Below, piece by piece: positions 26,162 to 32,000 of a stretch of DNA of 32,000 bases. A program made the position numbers and the translations under genes. Position 1 is the stretch's first letter. Each line of letters begins with the position of its first letter. The DNA comes from Pseudomonas aeruginosa (GTDB taxonomy: Bacteria; Pseudomonadota; Gammaproteobacteria; Pseudomonadales; Pseudomonadaceae): positions 4,170,001-4,202,000 of the forward strand of contig NZ_LN831024.1 of assembly GCF_001457615.1 (NCBI RefSeq), written 5' to 3'. The notes under the pieces were generated by a model that was given only the letters and a program-made list of their open reading frames with translations, made no database searches and had not been told where the DNA came from.

Positions 26162-27759
26162 TGTGCGGCATCCTCGGTTACGTCGGCACCGGTTTCAGTG
26201 TCTCGCGCTTCGCCGGAGCGCTACGCCTGCTGGCCCATCGCGGCCCGTTCGGCGAGGGCATCGCGGCCCTGCCGAACGGCGCCATCGGCATGACCCGCCT
26301 GCCGATGTCCGGCGCCGCGGCGGTACCGCTGCCGCCGCAGGAGGGCCAGCGGCGGGTCGCCTACAACGGCGAGGTCTACCAGGCCGGCTGCGAAATCCAT
26401 GGCGAGATCCGCCTGCTGCTCGACGGCTTGCAGCGCGGGGTACTGCCGGACGGCATGTACGCCCTCGCCAGCTGGGACCCGCAGACCCGGCAATTGACCC
26501 TGCTGCGCGACGAGTTCGGCATCAAGCCGCTGTACTACAGCTACCAGCCCGAGCGCGGCCTGCTGGCCTTCGCCTCCGAGCCGCGGGCGCTGCTGCACCT
26601 GCTCGGCGGCGCCCGCGCCGACGCCGAGGCGATCGCCCAGGTGGTCGCCGCCGGCGTGCCGCTGGAAGGCCAGACCCTGTTCCAGCAGGTCCGTCTGCTG
26701 CTGCCCGGCGAGGTGTTGCGCTTCGATCTCTCCCAGGAGCGTCCGCGCCTCTGCCAGCGCCAGCGGCTGGCCACCGCCCCGGCCAGCGAGGTGGACAGCC
26801 TCGACGAGCAGCTCGGCGAAACCCTCGAACGCTGCCGCCAGACCTTCCGCCCCTGCGCCCTGCTGGTCAGCGGCGGGGTCGATTCCAACCTGCTCGGCAG
26901 CTACCTGGACCCGCAGTTGCAACGCTTTCACCTGTGCCTGGAAGGCGACGAGGAAAGCCTGCTGCCACACCCTCGGCTGCAACGCTTCGAGCTGCGCCAG
27001 GAAGCCTTCATGCCGCTGCTGCGTCGCGCGGTCGGCAACTTCGGCGGGGCGACACGGATGTCCAGCCTGCTGATGTACCAGCGCCTGGCCGACGGTATCG
27101 GCGAGCAGGGCTATCACTGCGTGCTTCTCGGCGAAGGCGCCGACGAACTGTTCTGGGGCTACCCGCGCCATCTCGAACTCTGGCGCCGGCGCGACGCACC
27201 GGAACCGCGGCGCTTCGCCGCCGCCTGGTTCGGCGAGTACCGGCGCAAGGCCGCGCTGCTGGCGGAACCGGCGGGCCGACGGGTCGCCGAGCGGATCGAG
27301 GAACTCGCCCACGAGGCCCTCGGCCAGGGCCTCGAGGCGGCGATCGGCCAGTTCGACCTGCACTACTCGCTGGAGCCGCTGCTGCGCCGCGCCGACCATC
27401 TGCTGATGTCGCGCACCATCGAAGCGCGCACCCCCTACCTGCATGGCGCCCTGGCGCAGCGCGCCGGGCGCCTCCAGCGGATCGTCGGCGACACCGCCAA
27501 GGCACCGCTGGTGGCGCTCCTGGAGCAGCGCGAGAAACGCTGGCAGGCGCAGCCGAAACGGCATTTCCGCCTGCCGTTCGAACGTTGGCCGCAGGCCCTC
27601 GGGGAAATGCGCCGGCACCTCGCCGAACGCCTGCCGGCGCTCCACGACCTCGGCCTGGAAGGCCTGGATGCACCGAGCGTCGCGGCGCTGCCCGGCGACC
27701 AGTTGTTCACCCTCACCACCCTGTCGCTCTGGCAGCAGGAATACGGAGCCTCGCTATGA
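26161..27759 (+). CDS. asparagine-synthase (glutamine-hydrolysing)-like amidotransferase
   Basis: 532 aa; MCGILGYVG with Cys2, AYNGEVYQ, DGMYALASWDPQTRQLTLLRDEFGIKPLYY, ATP-binding LLVSGGVDSNLLGSYL, LLGEGADELFWGYPRHLELW. Confidence 0.93.
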   Translation: MCGILGYVGTGFSVSRFAGALRLLAHRGPFGEGIAALPNGAIGMTRLPMSGAAAVPLPPQEGQRRVAYNGEVYQAGCEIHGEIRLLLDGLQRGVLPDGMYALASWDPQTRQLTLLRDEFGIKPLYYSYQPERGLLAFASEPRALLHLLGGARADAEAIAQVVAAGVPLEGQTLFQQVRLLLPGEVLRFDLSQERPRLCQRQRLATAPASEVDSLDEQLGETLERCRQTFRPCALLVSGGVDSNLLGSYLDPQLQRFHLCLEGDEESLLPHPRLQRFELRQEAFMPLLRRAVGNFGGATRMSSLLMYQRLADGIGEQGYHCVLLGEGADELFWGYPRHLELWRRRDAPEPRRFAAAWFGEYRRKAALLAEPAGRRVAERIEELAHEALGQGLEAAIGQFDLHYSLEPLLRRADHLLMSRTIEARTPYLHGALAQRAGRLQRIVGDTAKAPLVALLEQREKRWQAQPKRHFRLPFERWPQALGEMRRHLAERLPALHDLGLEGLDAPSVAALPGDQLFTLTTLSLWQQEYGASL

Positions 27760-28715
27760 CAACCATCCATCGTCGCCCCGCGCCCTGGCGGGGCAACGCG
27801 GTGTTCTGCGCTTCGGCCGCTTTCGCCGCCGGCCTGGAAACGCTGTTCGCGCGCCTGCTGGAGCGGCGTCCCGCGGATAGCGCGGAGGCTCTCCTGCGCC
27901 AGCGCCTGCATCACGAACTGGAGCATGGAAGCGGCGTGCTGCTGCACGATTCCGCGCTGCTGCGCGGACTCGCCGAGGACGAATTCCAGCGGGTGTTCCG
28001 CGCATTCTGCCAATGGCTGGGACGCACCGTGGCGATCAACCGCAACGGCGAGTACCTCAAGGAAGTGCGCGACCTCGGCCTGCGCGACGCCCGCGACGCG
28101 CCGCAGCGCGGCCACCTGACCAGCCAGGAACTGGCCTTCCACTCCGATCGCGCCGACCTCACGGTGCTCGCCTGCTGGTCGCCGGCACGCCGGGGCGGCG
28201 CCTTCCGCATCCGTTCCTCGGCCGACGTCCTCGCCACCCTGGAAGCCGCCAATCCGGCCTGGCTGCCCCTGCTCGGCCAGCCGATCCCCCACGACCTGCG
28301 CGACGAAGGCGACGCCGACTACGCGCTGGTGCCGCTGCTCACGGAAACCCCGCGGACCTTCGTCTTGCGCTATATCCGCAAGTTCAACGAATCGGTGACG
28401 CGCCACGGGCTAAGCCTCGCCCCGCAGGTGCGAAGCATGCTCGACGGCCTGGACGAGGCGATCGAACGCGCCGACGGCTATGCCGAACTGGACTTCAGCA
28501 AGGGCATGCTGGTGCTGGTGAACAACCACACCACCCTGCACGCGCGCACCGAGTTCAGCGACGACGAGCGGCAGCGCCGCTGCCTGCTGCGCTGCTGGCT
28601 GAGCAGCGAGTTCACCCGCGAACTGCCGGAAAGCTTCCTGCCGCTGTTCCACCAGGTAGCCGCCGGCAGCCTGCGCGGCGGCATCCGTCCCCTCGCCCAG
28701 GAGCCCCGCCCGTGA
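27756..28715 (+). CDS. TauD/TfdA or clavaminate-synthase-like Fe(II)/2-oxoglutarate oxygenase
   Basis: 319 aa; GHLTSQELAFHSDRADLTVLACWSPARRGGAFRIRSS (HxD) and MLVLVNNHTTLHARTEFSDDERQRRCLLRCWL (distal His and Arg); ATGA overlap. Confidence 0.88.
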   Translation: MTTIHRRPAPWRGNAVFCASAAFAAGLETLFARLLERRPADSAEALLRQRLHHELEHGSGVLLHDSALLRGLAEDEFQRVFRAFCQWLGRTVAINRNGEYLKEVRDLGLRDARDAPQRGHLTSQELAFHSDRADLTVLACWSPARRGGAFRIRSSADVLATLEAANPAWLPLLGQPIPHDLRDEGDADYALVPLLTETPRTFVLRYIRKFNESVTRHGLSLAPQVRSMLDGLDEAIERADGYAELDFSKGMLVLVNNHTTLHARTEFSDDERQRRCLLRCWLSSEFTRELPESFLPLFHQVAAGSLRGGIRPLAQEPRP

Positions 28716-29941
28716 GCGACAACACCTTCAGCGTGCAACGCTTCCGCGCCCTGCCGACGGAAATCCACGTGATGCTCGTCGGTACGCTGCTGACCCGCGG
28801 CGCCTACTTCATGGTCTGGCCGTTCCTGGCATTGCTGCTGTGGCGCGAGTTCCGGCTGTCCGCCAGCGCCATCGGCCTGCTGCTGGCGCTGGCGACCGTC
28901 TGCGGCGCGCTCAGCGGCATCTACACCGGCTGGCTGTCGGACCGTTTCGGGCGCAAGCGCCTGATCTTCTTCGGCACCAGCCTCAGCGGGCTTTCCTTCG
29001 TGTTGCTGGGCTTCAGCGGCCAGCCGCTGTCCTACGGACTGGCGATCTCCGGGGTGAGCATCGGCTGCGCCCTGCTCGAATCCAGTTGCAAGGCGCTGAT
29101 CGGCGACCGCGTCGAGGATCGCCGCTCGCGGGAACTGGCGCTCTACTGCCGGTACTTCCTGATCAACCTCGGCGCCGCCCTCGGCCCGCTGATCGGCCTG
29201 ACTCTCGGCGTCGCCGCCCAGGCCGGCACCTTCCTGGTCACCGCGCTGGTCTACTTCTGCTACGGCCTGCTGCTCTGGCGCCTGCTGCACCACCTCGAAC
29301 TTAAGCGGCGCAGCCTTGCCCCGCGATCCTCGACGGGGTTCCTCGAAGCCTGCCTGAGCATGGCCCGGCATCGCGCCTTCACCCTGCTGTTGCTGTGCAA
29401 CATGCTGGCCGCGCTGATCTACGCCACCTTCGATTCGACCCTCGTGCAGTACCTCACCCGCAGCGGTCTGCCCGACGTGGTCAACAGCATCGCCCTGCTG
29501 GTGACCATCAACGCGCTGACCATAGTGGTCGCCCAGTTTCCCCTCCTCCGCCTGCTGGAAAACACCGGCACCGGCGGCCGCCTGATGCTCGGCATGCTGC
29601 TCATGCTCCTGGCCCAGCTAGGCTTCGCCTGGACCCCGGTGACCCTGTTCGCCGGCCTGGCGCTGGCCACGGTGGTGCTCAGCCTCGGCGAACTGATCGT
29701 GTTCCCGACCTTCAGCGTGGAGGTCGACCAACTGACCCCCGACGACTTGCGCGGCAGCTATTTCGGCGCGGCCAATCTCTACAGCCTCGGCACCGCGCTG
29801 GCACCGCTGTACGGCGGGATCATGCTCGACCATGCCGGCAGCCAGGCGCTGTACCTCGGCCTGGCCGCGCTGTGCGGGGTGATCATGCTGCTGCAGGTCG
29901 GCGCGGTCGGCCTGCGCCAGGCCGAGCGGGCCGGCGGATGA
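28712..29941 (+). CDS. MFS transporter (MdtH-like), putative product exporter
   Basis: 409 aa, GTG start in a GTGA overlap; RGAYFMVWPFLALLLWREFRLSASAIGLLLALATVCGALSGIYTGWLSDRFGRKRLIFFG (MFS motif A-like GWLSDRFGRKR). Confidence 0.92.
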   Translation: MSDNTFSVQRFRALPTEIHVMLVGTLLTRGAYFMVWPFLALLLWREFRLSASAIGLLLALATVCGALSGIYTGWLSDRFGRKRLIFFGTSLSGLSFVLLGFSGQPLSYGLAISGVSIGCALLESSCKALIGDRVEDRRSRELALYCRYFLINLGAALGPLIGLTLGVAAQAGTFLVTALVYFCYGLLLWRLLHHLELKRRSLAPRSSTGFLEACLSMARHRAFTLLLLCNMLAALIYATFDSTLVQYLTRSGLPDVVNSIALLVTINALTIVVAQFPLLRLLENTGTGGRLMLGMLLMLLAQLGFAWTPVTLFAGLALATVVLSLGELIVFPTFSVEVDQLTPDDLRGSYFGAANLYSLGTALAPLYGGIMLDHAGSQALYLGLAALCGVIMLLQVGAVGLRQAERAGG

Positions 29942-30573
29942 GCGGCGCGCTGCTGGTCTCGGGATTTTTCCTGCGCCGCTCCGCCTGGTCCGTGGAAGGC
30001 GCCGGCTGGCGAAGCTGCGACCATCTGCGCGACGCGCCCGGATGCGACCTGGCGCATTGGCTGGACCAGGCCGCCGCCACGCTGGCCGGCGAGGAGCGGG
30101 TGATACTCTGCGGCCACAGCTTCGGCGGCTACCTGGCGCAATGCCTGGCGGCCCGCCTGGGCGAGCGCGCCGCGCACCTGTACCTGTTCAGCGCGCTGGT
30201 CAGCGAGGGCGGCGGCGCGCTGGAAAGCTACCAGGACAGCGGCCAGGACAATCTCCTCGGGCTATGCCGCCTCGACCCGCTCGGAGGGCGGGTCCGCCTG
30301 GAAGACCGCGCCGGCTTCCTCGAACTGCTCGGCGCCGAGGTGCCGACCAGCGCCAGCGAACCCGCGCAATTGCTGATCGACTCGCCGCGGCAGGTTCGTC
30401 CAGCCTGCCCGGTCACCTACGTTGTGGCGGCCGCCGACCGGCTCAGCCCGCCGCCGCTGCAACGTACCTTCGCCCACCGCCTGGACGCGCGAGTGCGGGA
30501 ATACCCGGGCGGGCACCTCGCCGCACTGGCGGACCCGCGCTTCCTTCGCGCCCTTATCGAATCTAATAATTAG
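29938..30573 (+). CDS. alpha/beta hydrolase, last gene of the biosynthetic operon
   Basis: 211 aa; ERVILCGHSFGGYLAQCLAARLG nucleophile elbow, VTYVVAAADRLSPP (Asp), EYPGGHLAAL (His); ATGA overlap with MFS gene. Confidence 0.85.
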   Translation: MSGALLVSGFFLRRSAWSVEGAGWRSCDHLRDAPGCDLAHWLDQAAATLAGEERVILCGHSFGGYLAQCLAARLGERAAHLYLFSALVSEGGGALESYQDSGQDNLLGLCRLDPLGGRVRLEDRAGFLELLGAEVPTSASEPAQLLIDSPRQVRPACPVTYVVAAADRLSPPPLQRTFAHRLDARVREYPGGHLAALADPRFLRALIESNN

Positions 30574-30691
30574 ATAGATAAAGCCAAAAATACGCGCTTT
30601 TTTATCGCAATGATCTGACGGATGATGACCCCATCAACCGCCCGCCCCCCTCGCGCAAACGAGCGGCGACGGGCCCAATGGAGATCCGATC

Positions 30692-31390
30692 ATGATCGAA
30701 CGTCGTCCCTTCGACCGTCTGGGCCATGCCAACCACGGCTGGCTGAACGCGCGTCATCATTTTTCCTTCGCCGACTACTATGATCCGGAGCGCGAGGACT
30801 GGGGCCGCCTGCGGGTCTGGAACGATGACGAGATCGCCGCCGGCAGCGGCTTCCCGCCGCACCCGCACCGCGACATGGAGATCATTACCTATGTCCGCGA
30901 AGGCGCGATCACCCACCAGGACAGCCTGGGCAACAAGGGCCGCACCGAGGCCGGTGACGTGCAGGTGATGAGCGCCGGTACCGGCATCGTCCATTCGGAG
31001 TACAACCTGGAAGCCGAGACCACCCGGATCTTCCAGATCTGGATCATCCCGGACCGCCGCGGCGACCAACCGCGCTGGGGCTCCAAACCGTTCCCGAAGG
31101 CCGAGCGCGACGGTCGTTTCGTCACTCTCGCCAGCGGCGACGAGCAGGACAGCGAAGCGCTGCACATCCGCGCCGACGCCGAGGTCGCCGCGGTGACCCT
31201 GAAGGCCGGCCAGAGCGCCGAGTACGCCCTGGAAAACGGTCGCCGCGCCTACCTGGTGCCGGCCACCGGCAGCATCGAGGTCAACGGCGTGCGCGCCGAG
31301 GCCCGCGATGGCCTGGCGGTACGCGACGAACCGACCCTGAAGGTCACCGCCCTGGAAGACAGCGAAGTGCTGCTGGTGGAAGTGGCCTGA
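30692..31390 (+). CDS. pirin family protein (bicupin)
   Basis: 232 aa; GHANHGWLNARHHFSFADYYDPEREDWGRLRVWNDDEIAAGSGFPPHPHRDMEIITYVREGAITHQDSLGNKGRTEAGDVQVMSAGTGIVHSEYN is the canonical pirin/YhhW N-terminus. Confidence 0.97.
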   Translation: MIERRPFDRLGHANHGWLNARHHFSFADYYDPEREDWGRLRVWNDDEIAAGSGFPPHPHRDMEIITYVREGAITHQDSLGNKGRTEAGDVQVMSAGTGIVHSEYNLEAETTRIFQIWIIPDRRGDQPRWGSKPFPKAERDGRFVTLASGDEQDSEALHIRADAEVAAVTLKAGQSAEYALENGRRAYLVPATGSIEVNGVRAEARDGLAVRDEPTLKVTALEDSEVLLVEVA

Positions 31391-31395
31391 CCCGA

Positions 31396-31430
31396 CAGCC
31401 CCTCGCCCCCACGGGCGAGGGGCTGCTTTC
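31396..31430 (+). terminator. Rho-independent terminator after pirin gene
   Basis: CAGCCCCTCGCCC-ccac-GGGCGAGGGGCTG (perfect 13-bp stem, 4-nt loop) starting 5 nt after the stop codon, followed by a short T-rich CTTTCG. Confidence 0.75.
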
Positions 31431-31559
31431 GTTGCGCCCCAGCCTCTCTCGACGCAGCGGCGTTATCCGCCGCAACGCCTCCGGCCCTGCCGACTGGGTT
31501 CTTCCCAGCTTCACGCTTCGCGCTCACACTACCCGCAGAAGAATTCGAGAGGCTCCGCC

Positions 31560-32000
31560 ATGCGTGAACTGCAACCCCTGCTGGAGAACCACGGGCTGCT
31601 CCTGCTGTTCCTCAACGTGCTCTGCGAGCAGGCCGGGCTGCCGATCCCCGCCTACCCGGCGCTGATCGTCGCCGGCGCGCTGGCCATGCAGGGCGTCGGC
31701 GCGCCGCTGGGCGTGGTCCTGCTGGTGGTGGTGCTCGCCTGCCTGCTGGCGGACGTCGCCTGGTACCTGGCCGGACGCCGCTACGGCGGCTTCCTCCTGC
31801 GCAGCATCTGCAAGGTCTCGCTGTCCCAGGACAGTTGCATCCGCCAGAGCCAGAACATGTACCTGCGGGTCGGTCCGAGGGCGCTGCTGATGTCGAAGTT
31901 CCTGCCCGGCGCCAGTGCGTTGTCCACCACCCTGGCCGGCATGACCCGCACCCACCTGCGCCGCTTCCTCGCCTACGACGCCGCCGGCTCGGCACTCTGG
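31560..32000 (+). CDS. DedA family membrane protein (SNARE-associated), truncated at window edge
   Basis: MRELQPLLENHGLLLLFLNVLCEQAGLPIPAYPALIVAGALAMQG...RYGGFLLRSICKVSLSQDSCIRQSQNMYLRVGPRALLMSKFLPGASALSTTLAGMTR; DedA PG(A/H)-like FxPG motif; no stop before 32000. Confidence 0.9.
   Translation, partial: MRELQPLLENHGLLLLFLNVLCEQAGLPIPAYPALIVAGALAMQGVGAPLGVVLLVVVLACLLADVAWYLAGRRYGGFLLRSICKVSLSQDSCIRQSQNMYLRVGPRALLMSKFLPGASALSTTLAGMTRTHLRRFLAYDAAGSALW

Noticed and set aside
26161-28715. Idea that the AsnB/CAS-like pair makes a true beta-lactam
   Set aside because: Kept only as a contrast hypothesis: the glutaminase Cys2 and associated motifs are intact, unlike beta-lactam synthetases, and no CEA-synthase or carboxymethylproline-synthase homologue is present in the operon.
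1-32000. CRISPR arrays, rRNA/tRNA genes, IS elements, prophage, toxin-antitoxin or defence modules
   Set aside because: None seen: no regularly spaced repeats, no tRNA-like cloverleaf noticed, no transposase or integrase motifs, and no defence-type domains in any supported frame.

Overview
High-GC chromosomal window that I recognise with high confidence as Pseudomonas aeruginosa. Gene content and order match my recollection of the PAO1 locus PA1209-PA1240; I recalled the locus numbers and did not look them up. Left part (about 0.2-15 kb): an alpha/beta hydrolase; a tripartite efflux operon (outer-membrane factor lipoprotein, HlyD/EmrA, EmrB-type MFS) convergent with an AraC regulator; an AaeXAB-like aromatic-acid efflux operon (DUF1656, HlyD, FUSC, DUF2790); a second AraC regulator; a TetR gene coupled to an APH-family kinase; two NAD(P)H:quinone-type oxidoreductases; a LysR regulator; and the lytic transglycosylase mltA. 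The centrepiece is an 11-gene, almost completely overlapping, same-strand operon at 17968..30573. It encodes an NRPS adenylation-carrier didomain, a free-standing condensation-like protein, a thioesterase, a PhyH-type Fe(II)/2OG oxygenase, a homocitrate/isopropylmalate-synthase-like enzyme fused to a cupin, a SAM methyltransferase, a second stand-alone AMP-forming ligase, an asparagine-synthase-like amidotransferase with intact Cys2, a TauD/clavaminate-synthase-like oxygenase, an MFS exporter and an alpha/beta hydrolase. I know of no assigned product. It is preceded by a long AT-rich leader with a las/rhl-box-like 20-mer (CT-N12-AG) 351 bp upstream of the first start codon. The window ends with a pirin gene, a strong terminator hairpin and a truncated DedA-family gene.
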